Positions 9,347-18,979 of a stretch of DNA of 64,000 bases are shown here, in pieces. The translations under genes and the position numbers were made by a program. The notes below the pieces were generated by a model. It saw nothing but the letters and a program-made list of their open reading frames with translations. It searched no databases and was not told the DNA's origin. Within the stretch, counting starts at the first letter, position 1, and the number at the start of each line of letters is the position of its first letter. The stretch covers positions 27,160 through 91,159 of the forward strand of contig DASZUL010000047.1 of the NCBI GenBank assembly GCA_035547595.1. Reading direction: 5' to 3'. This DNA is from Nitrosospira sp. Its GTDB lineage: Bacteria > Pseudomonadota > Gammaproteobacteria > Burkholderiales > Nitrosomonadaceae.

Positions 9347-11305
9347 CTAGCGCCGATCCATTCTCTCCCGAAAGAATTTCTCCACTTCTCCCAGTTCACG
9401 CGTGCGCTTCATCGGCGGCAGGCTTTGCCAGATTTTCTTGCCGTAGGGTTTGGTGATGAGCCGCGGATCGCAAATCATCAGCACGCCGTGGTCTTTCTCG
9501 TCACGGATCAGCCGGCCCGCCCCCTGTTTGAGGTTGATGACGGCGCGCGGCAGCTGGTATTCCAGAAAGGCGTTGCGTCCCTCTTTATTGATCTTGTCGA
9601 TGCGTGCCGCGAGCACCGGGTCGTCGGGCGGCGCGAAGGGCAATTTGTCGATCACCACCAGCGACAAGGCTTCGCCGCGCACGTCCACGCCCTCCCAGAA
9701 GGATTGGCTGCCGATCAGCACCGCGTTGCCCATCTTGCGAAAGCGCTCCAGCATATGGGTGCGGGAGCCCTGGCCTTGCAGCAGCAGAGGATATTCCAGC
9801 TTTTCCCGCTCGAAAATGTTCGTCAGCAGGTCATGGGTGCGCTGCATGGCACGCAGGCTGGTGCACAGGAAGAAGGCGCGCCCACCGCTGGCTTTCAGCA
9901 CGGGGAGGGCGGCTTTAACCACTTCCTCGACGTATTGCCGGCTATTCGGGTCAGGCATGCCTGCCGGTACGTAAAGCAGAGCCTGGTTGGCGAAGTCGAA
10001 CGGACTCTCCCAGCAGGCGGATTGGGCCACATGGGGCGGCGCGCTCAAACCCATTTCTCCATGGTAGTGCGAGAAATCTCCTTTTACCGACAGGGTTGCG
10101 GAAGTAAAAATCCAGGCGCGCGGGGATCCGGCGAGATGCCTGCCGAATATTTCGGCGATGGATAGGGGAGTGGCGTTGAGCTGCAGCGCATGGCTGAATA
10201 CTTCGATCCAGCGCACGAATCCTTCGGCTTCTGCCTGGTCGCGCCAGCGCCTGATGCTGGCGGTTATTTCCCTGGTGCGCTGCCAGCAGCTTTGCAGCCC
10301 TTCCGAGCGTTCCGCCTGGCTTTCCAGAAGCTCGCCCAATGAATCGAGGCTGCCGAGCAGTGCGTCGAGCGCAACGCCAAACCTGGGATTCTGCTTCACC
10401 TCGGCAAGAGGCAACCGGACATTCTCGCCTTCAACGGCCAGGCGGAAATCACGCGCCGCTTTTTCCATCGCAGCGATTGCCGGGGGCAGGGCAGCAAAAT
10501 CCTTTGCGCCACGCAGCGCTTCCGCCTCGGCATCCCGCCCCAGTTCCAGCAACTGGCTGGTACTCACCGATTCTCCAAAAAAAAGACTGGCGGTTTCCGG
10601 GAGCTGGTGGGCTTCATCGAATATCACGGTATTGCAGGCAGGCAGCAGTTCCGATACGCCTTCGTCCCGCAGCATGACATCCGCAAAAAAGAGATGGTGG
10701 TTGACCACGACCACGTCCGAGAGAAGCGCCTGTTTGCGTGCCTCCATCACAAAGCAGTTTTTATGGTGCGGGCAATCCGAACCGAGGCAATTATCCCGGG
10801 TGGAAGTGACTTGCTGCCAGACCGCGGCATTTTCCGGCACCTCGCTCAGGTCGCTTTTGTCGCCGCTCCTGCTCGCGGCGGCATAGTGCTCGATCAGCTT
10901 CAGGTATTTAATTTCCTGGCGGCTGGCAAAGCTCAGCCGCTCATCGCGAAGCGTCCGTTCGAGGTGATAGTGACACACATAGTTGGCGCGGCCTTTCAAT
11001 AGCGAGACCGTCACCGGCGCCTTGAGCGCTGCCCGCACCGTAGGGATGTCGCGGTTGAAAAGCTGGTCCTGTAATGTTTTCGTGCCAGTGGAGATGATGA
11101 CCTTGCCGCCGGCCAGCAATGCCGGCACCAGGTAGGCAAACGTTTTTCCGGTACCGGTACCGGCTTCCGCCACGAGAATGCGATTTCCCGCTATGGTATC
11201 GGCTATCGCCCGCGCCATTTCCAGTTGCTGGGTGCGTGCGCTATAGCCGGGGACAGCGCGCGCAAGCGGGCCCTGGGCGGAGAAAAAGGAATCGATATCG
11301 GGCAT
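9347..11305 (-). CDS. DinG/YoaA-family Fe-S ATP-dependent DNA helicase
   Basis: EAGTGTGKT, KGRANYVC, Fe-S cysteines DNCLGSDCPHHKNCF, DEAH, SATL, FWEGVDV, LKQGAGRLIR. Confidence 0.93.
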   Translation of the reverse strand: MPDIDSFFSAQGPLARAVPGYSARTQQLEMARAIADTIAGNRILVAEAGTGTGKTFAYLVPALLAGGKVIISTGTKTLQDQLFNRDIPTVRAALKAPVTVSLLKGRANYVCHYHLERTLRDERLSFASRQEIKYLKLIEHYAAASRSGDKSDLSEVPENAAVWQQVTSTRDNCLGSDCPHHKNCFVMEARKQALLSDVVVVNHHLFFADVMLRDEGVSELLPACNTVIFDEAHQLPETASLFFGESVSTSQLLELGRDAEAEALRGAKDFAALPPAIAAMEKAARDFRLAVEGENVRLPLAEVKQNPRFGVALDALLGSLDSLGELLESQAERSEGLQSCWQRTREITASIRRWRDQAEAEGFVRWIEVFSHALQLNATPLSIAEIFGRHLAGSPRAWIFTSATLSVKGDFSHYHGEMGLSAPPHVAQSACWESPFDFANQALLYVPAGMPDPNSRQYVEEVVKAALPVLKASGGRAFFLCTSLRAMQRTHDLLTNIFEREKLEYPLLLQGQGSRTHMLERFRKMGNAVLIGSQSFWEGVDVRGEALSLVVIDKLPFAPPDDPVLAARIDKINKEGRNAFLEYQLPRAVINLKQGAGRLIRDEKDHGVLMICDPRLITKPYGKKIWQSLPPMKRTRELGEVEKFFRERMDRR

Positions 11306-11734
11306 GGGCGCCGTCGAAATAACGAGCTGCCATGATAACCCAGTACAGCCGCTACTTCACGTCGATCGATCCCGAGCCAGACCCGGGGCAGGGGTGGTTA
11401 TTCAGGTATTGCGGAAAAGCTTCTGCTTTTCAGTTTCTTCGACGGTGATCCGCTACGTCCCACTTGGTATGTCTTTTTCCATATCGTCTTGCATAGCGGA
11501 TCACCGAATATCGTCCTCTTCTGGGCGATATTTTTTGCCACGGCGCTTAATGTAGCCATGCTGATTACCGTCAATACCACAAGAAGTATCAGCGGAAGCC
11601 ATCTCTTTACCAATACAACCTCCCCGGCGGATAGCCGATTAGTTATACCGAGCAGTCTACGCATGATCGGCAAAAAAAATGGCGGGGATCGCCCCGCCAG
11701 AGGGGAATCGAATCACATTCTCAAGGTTGGAACT

Positions 11735-12208
11735 TCACCGCTCCCCCACGACGCGGCCGTTACGAGGATCGCTTATCATCGCTGGAACCGCAAGAGACTG
11801 GACTCTGGCGTGCGTCGGTCGCCCGGCAGAGGGATCGTTACGATGCCGGAGTTCTGCGGTGGTCTGCCGATGAAGAGCAGCCCTGCTCAAACTTGTCTTT
11901 GCAGCACGTTCGTACTTGATCATCAAAGCCCAGGTGTGGGATTGCCTGTCCTGTGCTTGCCGGCCATAGAAATAGCTTTTTTCCTGGTAATGCTCGAGCA
12001 GCTTCTGCTGTTCTTCAGCATTTGTCTGCATTTCCCTTGCGAGATTTTCATAGTGTTCCATCAGGGCAAGATGATCGCTTAGGGTCCTGGCGTTTTTTGA
12101 AGCCTGCTGCAACGAAGGATTATCTACGGCTTCGTAACGGCTCATAGGCGCACAAGAGGCAAGCAGGCAAGGGATAATCATGAATAACAAAAATCTTCCC
12201 GGTCTCAT
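11735..12208 (-). CDS. Helical lipoprotein of unknown family, paralog A (of 46831..47181 and 56985..57341)
   Basis: Lipobox LLASC; shares NAxTxxDHxALxxHYExxAxxM and YG[RK]xxxDxxxH motifs with the other two copies. Confidence 0.8.
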   Translation of the reverse strand: MRPGRFLLFMIIPCLLASCAPMSRYEAVDNPSLQQASKNARTLSDHLALMEHYENLAREMQTNAEEQQKLLEHYQEKSYFYGRQAQDRQSHTWALMIKYERAAKTSLSRAALHRQTTAELRHRNDPSAGRPTHARVQSLAVPAMISDPRNGRVVGER

Positions 12209-12281
12209 CCTGCACCTTCGCGATTCTGTCTGTATCCGTTATAGCCCTTTAAAGAATATGCAAAGCACCACGTATGGCTGC

Positions 12282-12310
12282 AGTTTACCGGCCATGGGGT
12301 ACTTTGTCAA
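12282..12310 (-). promoter_or_regulatory. Sigma70 promoter of lipoprotein A with a CsoR-like motif in the spacer
   Basis: Minus strand reads TTGACA-aagtaccccatggccgg (17 nt)-TAAACT. Confidence 0.6.
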
Positions 12311-12907
12311 CTTGTTTATGTCTAAAGTTATGTAATAACCGCAGGGACTCTCCCGACGCCAATTGCTCGAGCCATGTGGCTGACCCAGTGCCATAGATGC
12401 TAAAGACATTTCATCCTGCTGAAAAATAACGCGAATACAGATCCAAAATGAAATAGAGAGCAAATGGAGAGCGGGGGCGAATTTTTTGAAGAGGCATTTA
12501 CCCGGTATGTATTGCCGAAAAATACGGCTGTAACTCATGCGCGGCACATCGGCTCTTCCGGCAACAGGGGCGCAGGAGGCATTGAAGCATCAGGATATTT
12601 CAATGAGACGATGGAGATAGGTGGGCAATCCGATCAGCCCGGAAAGTGAAGGCAAGCAAAACTACAGGCCACTCGGCCAGGAATCCGGGCACTGCGGGGA
12701 AAACCGCCAGCTTGATGGCGAAGGGGAGACCCATGGCGGGAAGGACGGGAGGCGCACTGTCCGAACCGGGACTACCTCGGCATCCCTCCCGCCTCCTTTA
12801 TTTCTATACTGTATCCGATGGAACAAACGGATCCATTGCTGCATGGGTTGCAACATGCTTTTGCTCCCGCGGATTTGCCGCGGAGAGCGGTAACGTCGGG
12901 AAATATG

Positions 12908-13489
12908 CTATCGGCGGCGGGAACCCAGCCAGTTCTGCATCCGTTTCGACCTTATGACCTTGTACGCGAACAGGCTTAGCAGCATCATGGCGATAAGCGG
13001 CCCAATCGCGGAACGAAAAATGTTCGCGTAGTTGATCATGTGCACTCTCAAGGGGTACTGGTAACGCACGGGCGGTACCGCGTCCCCCGTGATGAAAACC
13101 GTATAGAGGCCCTTGTCCAGGATCGTTTCGCCTTTGATCACGCCATCCGGGTGGTAGCTGGGCCGGACATATGTCACGGTCTCATCTTCGGCCTCGTTGG
13201 TACCCCGTACGATGCGCATTCCCACGGGGATGTCCCGTAGCGCCTGATCGACCAGATCCACGACGAGAAACGTTTCGCCTTCCTTCGGAATTTCCGTACA
13301 GTATTGGTCGCCCGGCTCGTGTTGCGGCTGATAGGCGCTCAAATGCACCATGCTGTTGTCGCCCATCCGCCTCATGCAGGTGTCTTCTTCCATGGTTACT
13401 TTTCCATGCGCTCCGGCTGCGCCGCAGTAAAGCGTCGCCGCCAATCCCAGCACCGATATGCCGGTTTGCATCACTCGCTTTATCACCAT
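12908..13489 (-). CDS. Orphan AmoD/AmoE/PmoD-family periplasmic copper protein with C-terminal membrane anchor
   Basis: Signal peptide then HGKVTMEEDTCMRRMGDNSMVHLSAYQPQ...YCTEIPKEGETFLVVDLVD; Cx8MxH motif; C-terminal TM helix followed by a basic tail. Confidence 0.85.
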   Translation of the reverse strand: MVIKRVMQTGISVLGLAATLYCGAAGAHGKVTMEEDTCMRRMGDNSMVHLSAYQPQHEPGDQYCTEIPKEGETFLVVDLVDQALRDIPVGMRIVRGTNEAEDETVTYVRPSYHPDGVIKGETILDKGLYTVFITGDAVPPVRYQYPLRVHMINYANIFRSAIGPLIAMMLLSLFAYKVIRSKRMQNWLGSRRR

Positions 13490-13923
13490 TTATATCCTCT
13501 TTTTCACTATTGTCCGCCATGTTGTTTGCCAGGAACGGCAGACCCATACCCGCTCACTTGATACCTTGCCGGGGTTGGTAAACCGGTTCCAGCCGATTCC
13601 ATCCAGCGGGCTAGATAAAAACGCCTATTAATCACGTCAGCGCTTGCACAATGAAAGTATATTAAATCGATCACCAATGCAATCAAAATTTATAAATGGA
13701 TGAGCTGCGTTGCCTCCCTTGTCCAACCGCCGTGGTGGCATTCCCGTCTGCTTTTCCGGCAAAGCGCCACAGCCCGTCAATGCAGCCTCCCTCATGCGGG
13801 GAGAAACCGGGGATTCGCGGAGCCCTGGGCATGGATCTGCCACCATGGGCCACCATGGCTGATCGAAGCGCCCGATGGACATGATGCGAAGCAGGTTCCG
13901 GTTTTGCTTGCCAATGCCGCAGC

Positions 13924-14736
13924 CTAATGCGCCAGCAACCCTTCCTCGAGATAGGCGATATCGAACGGCATGATGATGCGCGGATCGGGTGAGATCAGCG
14001 ACCCATCCTTGCCGGCATAGTCGAGCCGGTTCAGCATATCCTTGATGACATTGAGCCGGGTGAGCGGCTTGTCGTCAGCGCGTACCACCGTCCAGGGGGT
14101 GATGAGATTATGGGTGCGCACCAGCATCTCGTTTCGCGCCCGCGTATATTGCTTCCATTTTTTAAGCGCTACCTCATCCAGCCCGCTGATTTTCCACTGC
14201 GTAAGCGGATTTTTTTTCCGGTCCTTCAGACGCTCCGCCTGCTCCAGTTTGCTGATGTCGAGATAGTATTTCAGGAGCTTGATGCCGGACCGGATCAGCA
14301 TATGTTCGAACTCCGGCACGGAGGTCATGAACTCCTCGTATTCATCGTCCGTGCAAAATCCCATTACCCGTTCCACCCCCGCCCGGTTGTACCAGCTTCG
14401 ATTGAACAGCACGAGTTCCTGTGACGCCGGCAAATGGGGAACGTAGCGCTGGAAATACCACGAGTTGCTGTCGCGGTCGGAAGGCTTGCCGAGTGCGACC
14501 ACCCGCGTTTCACGGGGACTGAGGTGCTCGATGATGCGCTTGATGGTTCCATCCTTTCCCGCGGCATCCCGGCCTTCGAAAATGACCAGTATCTTGTCGT
14601 TGCATTGAATAAAATGGCGCTGCAGCTTGACAAGCTCGATCTGAAGGCGGTAAAGCGTCTCTTCGTATTCCTTTTTCGAGATTTTTGGCATTTCCGTTTC
14701 GATGCCCATCCCGTTCTTCTTTGTCTTTTTACTCAT
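13924..14736 (-). CDS. ppk2: Polyphosphate kinase 2, copy 1
   Basis: FEGRDAAGKDG, WYFQRY and LFNRSWYNRAGVERVMGFC motifs; start placed at ATG 14736 (track extends to 14790). Confidence 0.95.
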   Translation of the reverse strand: MSKKTKKNGMGIETEMPKISKKEYEETLYRLQIELVKLQRHFIQCNDKILVIFEGRDAAGKDGTIKRIIEHLSPRETRVVALGKPSDRDSNSWYFQRYVPHLPASQELVLFNRSWYNRAGVERVMGFCTDDEYEEFMTSVPEFEHMLIRSGIKLLKYYLDISKLEQAERLKDRKKNPLTQWKISGLDEVALKKWKQYTRARNEMLVRTHNLITPWTVVRADDKPLTRLNVIKDMLNRLDYAGKDGSLISPDPRIIMPFDIAYLEEGLLAH

Positions 14737-14887
14737 GGCATGTCGATTCCTGTGTTGTTTGCCGCTTCGGTCTTCATTACGGGGATGCATATTAATCGCG
14801 GGAGGTCCATAGCCGGATCATACACTTCTTCCGCTTGTGCCCCGCGAAACGGGGATTGGGCAACGGCGGAAACCGCCTGAGTAATGC

Positions 14888-14989
14888 TCACGGAAGCGTT
14901 TTTTTGCCCAACATGCGCTCCAACTGGCGAATCCGCTCTTTCAATTCTCGCACCTCGACCGAAAATGGCACCGCATCGTCGCCATGTGC
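14888..14989 (-). mobile_element. Remnant of an IS3-family (IS2-like) transposase OrfA, fused in frame as the RND copy 1 tail
   Basis: Tail AHGDDAVPFSVEVRELKERIRQLERMLGKKTL resembles the IS2-type OrfA C-terminus as recalled (GEQVVPASE...IKELQRLLGKKTM); absent from RND copy 2. Confidence 0.6.
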
Positions 14990-17900
14990 GCCGGGAACGC
15001 TTTCCTGGTCTTTAGGAGCGCTTCGCGGGCGGTAGATAATCGCATACATGCACGGGACGAAAAACAGGGTATATACCGTTGCAAACATCAAGCCGCCGAT
15101 GACTGCATGACCCAGCGGCGCATTGGTGGATCCTCCCAGCGCCATCGGAAGCATGCCCATGATCATGGCCGACGCGGTCATGAGAACAGGACGGATCCGG
15201 GCTTTGCCGGCCTCGATGGCGGATAGCTGCGGGTCGCCATGCTCCGCGATGCGCTCCAGCGCATAGGATACGACAAGTATGGAATTCGCCGTGGCCGTCC
15301 CCATGGCCATGATGGCGCCCGTGAGGGCCGGGACGGAAATATTCGTCTGGGTCAGGAACAGGGCCCAGGCAATGCCCGCCAGAGCGCCGGGCAGGGCGGT
15401 GATGATGATGAAGGGGATCAGCCATGACTGAAAATTGATGACGAGCATCAGATAGATCAGCACCACCGCCGCTATAAGGCCAACGATCAGTTCGCCATAG
15501 GTACTGACCATGGTCTCCGCCTGGCCGGCGATTTCAACTTCGGAGCCGCGGGGAAGTTCTTTTTTCACCTCTTCGACAATTTTCCTGACGTCCTCCAGCA
15601 CCCCGCCAAGCCCCCGCCCTTCGGCGGACACGTACACTTCGATCAGCGGCCTGACACCCTTATGGGTCACCAGGCCGGGGGTGCCTACCGGCGATTCCTT
15701 CGCCAGATTGCCCAGGAGCTGGTAATCCTGATCGAGACCGGCATCCCCTACCGGCTTGACAGGAATCGTGTTCAAGTCGTTGATGCTGGCGACTTGAGGT
15801 TGAGGATCATATATATTGACCTGGTACGACATGCCCGTCTTCAGATCCAGCCAGTATTTCTGGTCGATCTGCTGGCTTCCGCTGGTCGTGATCAGCATAT
15901 TCAGGGCAATATCCGCCTCACTCCTGTTGACATCGAGCCCATAGGTCCTTTGGCCTTCAACAAACAGGGTTGGCGTGCGCATGGTTTGCTGGATCACCAC
16001 GCCGGAGGAACCGGGGATCCTACGCAGCTTATTGGCCAATTTACGCGCGAATTCATAGTTACCGTAGATGTCCATCCCCTTGACCTGAACATCGATCGGA
16101 GAGGGGGAGCCGAAATTCAGGATTTTCGCTATCAGGTCGGCTGGCTGAAAAGTGAACTCAGTCCCCGGATAGCGCTCTTTCAGACCATCGTGGAGAATTT
16201 TCCGGAGATCCCACACCGCCGATTTCTCGTTGAACAGGTTGATCGTCAGGTCGCAGTCCTGCGATCCGATGGTGGGCGTCGGAATAAACGCCAGGTTATG
16301 CGGGCCGACGGGGATGCCGCAATTGCTGATGATGCCTTCCACCTGACCGGGAAGCATCTGCTTGATATCGTTCGAGACGAGGGTGGTGATGCGGTTCGTG
16401 GCTTCCATCCGCGTGCCAAGCGGCCCCCGCATGTGCATCTGTATGGTTCCCGACCTGACCTCGGGAAAAAAGTCGCGGCCGTTGAAGTAGAACAGGGCAA
16501 GGGATACGAGCGCGAAAGCCAGCATGACCGTGGCAAACCGGCGGCGATTTGCAATCGTTTGTTCGAGCAGCCCGCCATACCAGCCGCAGAACTGAAGGAA
16601 ACGGGTCTCGAATCCCTGCTGGAAGCGGGAGAAAACCCCCAGGTGATACTTTAGCTTCTGCTGAAGAGCGCTAAACCTTCCTCCCGGCTTTTCCTCGCCA
16701 TGGGGTTTTTCATCGTCATGGGGTTTTTCCCTATTCCCGCCGCTTCCCTTTTCGTGTTCTTTCGCGTGAGGGTGCACCAGGATATATTTCGCCAGGGTCG
16801 GCACGAGCGTAAATGACAACATGAACGATGCCAGCATGGCAAATATCACTGCCAGCGCCATCGGCTTGAACAGATAGCCCGACACGCCGGAAAGCGTGAA
16901 CAGCGGCAGCCAGACAATGGATATGCACAATGTGGCAAGCAGTGTCGGAACAACGATCTGGTTTGCCGCATCGATGATTGCCTCGTCGAGTTCCTTACCC
17001 ATTTGCAGGTGAGTGTCGATGTTCTCGGTCATCACCGTCGCGTTGTCGACAAGAATCCCTACCGCCAGCGCCAGCCCTCCCAGGGTCATGACATTCAACG
17101 ATTCGCCCAGCACTTGCAGGCCGATGAGGGAAGTCAGAATGCACAACGGAATGGAAGCCGTCACGACGATCATGGGGCGCCATGAGCCGAGCAGAAGCAT
17201 GGCGATCAAACCGACAAGCAGGCCCGCGATCAGCATCTCACGCGTCACCTCCTCGATGGATTCCCGCACGAAGACCGATGCATCGTTGAGAACCTTGACC
17301 TTCACGCTGGGTGGCACGATCTCCTTGATAAGCGGAAGGGCTGCCTTGACGCCGGCGACTACGTCCAGGGTCGATGCATCACCACCCTTCATGACGACGA
17401 TCATGACGGCCTGTTTACCGTCCACGATGATGGAGTTTGTTTGCGGCGGGCCCGCGAGCTGGACATCGGCGACGTCGCGCAAAAAGACGAAGGAATTTCC
17501 TTCCCTCTTTATCGGGATATTGTTGAATTCCTCGATATCCGGCGGCATCGCGTTTGTCTCGACCATCCAGTCGGTCTGCTTGATCTTCATATCGCCCGCG
17601 GGCAGCACGATATTCTGGCGATCGAAAGCCGCATGGACATCGGTCGGCGATATGTTGCGATCCAGCATTTTCTCTCTGTCGAGGGATACCAGAAGCTGTT
17701 TGGGCTTTCCACCGTAGGGATGCGGAACAATCGCCCCGGGGATCACGACAATCAGGGGCCTGATTTGCGTATAGGCGAGGTTGTAGAGCGCTGCCGGCGT
17801 CATCTCTTCCGAGGTAAACTGCAGGCTGACAACCGGCACGGACGAGGCTTCCAGGCGCATGATCATGGGTGGCGAAATGTCCGGGGGCAACGCCTTGACG

Positions 17901-18250
17901 ATTGTCTGGCTTATCGCTGCGACTTCCGCCTCTGCGCCGGGAAGGCTGGTTTCGGGCTGGAGAAAAATATTGGTGATGCTGATGCCGTAGTACGCCTGGC
18001 TGACGATGTCCGAAATGCCTTCCACCGTCGAGGTCAATGCGCGTTCAAAGTAAAAAGTGATACGACCGGACACGTCCAGCGGCAACATGCCGGCGTAGGC
18101 CCAGACCACGGAGATCACGGGGATTTTGATGGCAGGGAAAACGTCTGTCGGCGAGTGCCGTATCGCCCTGATTCCGAATATGACGATCAGGATCGAAAGA
18201 ACCACGAAGGTATAAGGCCTGCGTAACGCGATAAGTACTATCTGGTTCAT
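14888..18250 (-). CDS. RND efflux permease (AcrB/AcrD/AcrF superfamily), copy 1
   Basis: About 1120 aa with RND TM pattern; LNVMTLGGLALAVGILVDNA and RIRPVLMT motifs; near-duplicate of 22019..25288. Confidence 0.95.
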   Translation of the reverse strand: MNQIVLIALRRPYTFVVLSILIVIFGIRAIRHSPTDVFPAIKIPVISVVWAYAGMLPLDVSGRITFYFERALTSTVEGISDIVSQAYYGISITNIFLQPETSLPGAEAEVAAISQTIVKALPPDISPPMIMRLEASSVPVVSLQFTSEEMTPAALYNLAYTQIRPLIVVIPGAIVPHPYGGKPKQLLVSLDREKMLDRNISPTDVHAAFDRQNIVLPAGDMKIKQTDWMVETNAMPPDIEEFNNIPIKREGNSFVFLRDVADVQLAGPPQTNSIIVDGKQAVMIVVMKGGDASTLDVVAGVKAALPLIKEIVPPSVKVKVLNDASVFVRESIEEVTREMLIAGLLVGLIAMLLLGSWRPMIVVTASIPLCILTSLIGLQVLGESLNVMTLGGLALAVGILVDNATVMTENIDTHLQMGKELDEAIIDAANQIVVPTLLATLCISIVWLPLFTLSGVSGYLFKPMALAVIFAMLASFMLSFTLVPTLAKYILVHPHAKEHEKGSGGNREKPHDDEKPHGEEKPGGRFSALQQKLKYHLGVFSRFQQGFETRFLQFCGWYGGLLEQTIANRRRFATVMLAFALVSLALFYFNGRDFFPEVRSGTIQMHMRGPLGTRMEATNRITTLVSNDIKQMLPGQVEGIISNCGIPVGPHNLAFIPTPTIGSQDCDLTINLFNEKSAVWDLRKILHDGLKERYPGTEFTFQPADLIAKILNFGSPSPIDVQVKGMDIYGNYEFARKLANKLRRIPGSSGVVIQQTMRTPTLFVEGQRTYGLDVNRSEADIALNMLITTSGSQQIDQKYWLDLKTGMSYQVNIYDPQPQVASINDLNTIPVKPVGDAGLDQDYQLLGNLAKESPVGTPGLVTHKGVRPLIEVYVSAEGRGLGGVLEDVRKIVEEVKKELPRGSEVEIAGQAETMVSTYGELIVGLIAAVVLIYLMLVINFQSWLIPFIIITALPGALAGIAWALFLTQTNISVPALTGAIMAMGTATANSILVVSYALERIAEHGDPQLSAIEAGKARIRPVLMTASAMIMGMLPMALGGSTNAPLGHAVIGGLMFATVYTLFFVPCMYAIIYRPRSAPKDQESVPGAHGDDAVPFSVEVRELKERIRQLERMLGKKTLP

Positions 18251-18326
18251 ACCATGTTTCCTCTCATACCTTCGGTAAGAAATTCATTTACCTACAATAT
18301 TGCACGCAGGGATGAGGCGATTCTTT
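18251..18326. repeat. 76-nt upstream leader duplicated together with the RND gene (second copy 25289..25364)
   Basis: Both copies share atgtttcctct...cggtaa...cattt.cctacaatattgc.cg.a.ggatgaggcgattcttt and then diverge abruptly. Confidence 0.9.
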
Positions 18327-18979
18327 TGCAAACCAGTAAGCCTTAGACACGGAAGTGACCCCGGAAATTCGGTGTTTTGCTCCAAAATCTCGGCCGGAAG
18401 GCCAACAAGGCGAGAGCAGGGCTGGCGCCGCTGCGCATGGATAAAATCCCGATGGAGGATTGCGCGGCAGGATGAAGTTCGCCCGAATCGAGTTGCTGAA
18501 TGGAAGCGGCAGCCGCCGGAGTGGGCTGCGGAAGTGCGTGATGGCAGGCGGCGGCGGGAAAAAGAATGGTTCGGATTTCGGGGAAGCGCTCAGCAAGGTG
18601 GAATTGCTGGGTGAAGGGGGATGACAGGCTGTATGCACGCTCAGCCGGTTACCCGGCAATATCAGGTATTGCCGCTGGCGCGCCAGGCCACCTATTGCCG
18701 GGCACAGGAAGTCAGCGAAACCGGCCTGGTATTGATATGCCGGATCGGCGCGCTGTATCTGGTACCCCCAATTCTGGAACCCCGCGATGTCACATGCAAA
18801 TAACGCACCTTGCTACAAGCATACTTTTACAATTCACTGGCTTTCAGCCAGCCCCGCCCCAAGAGGCGGGAGCTAAACCCTGATAGATCAACAGTTCATC
18901 ATTCACCTCGCAGGCCAGGCACCCCCAGGAGCTACCCTCGGGCATCAGGATTTTTGGCAATGAGCCTCCTGCAATGCAG

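Noticed and set aside
11398-11673. Small ORF with a hydrophobic N-terminus and a possible TTG start at 11613
   Set aside because: An RBS-like GGAGG is present, but there is no recognisable family (not the DUF2782 expected near dinG/yoaA); support is too weak.
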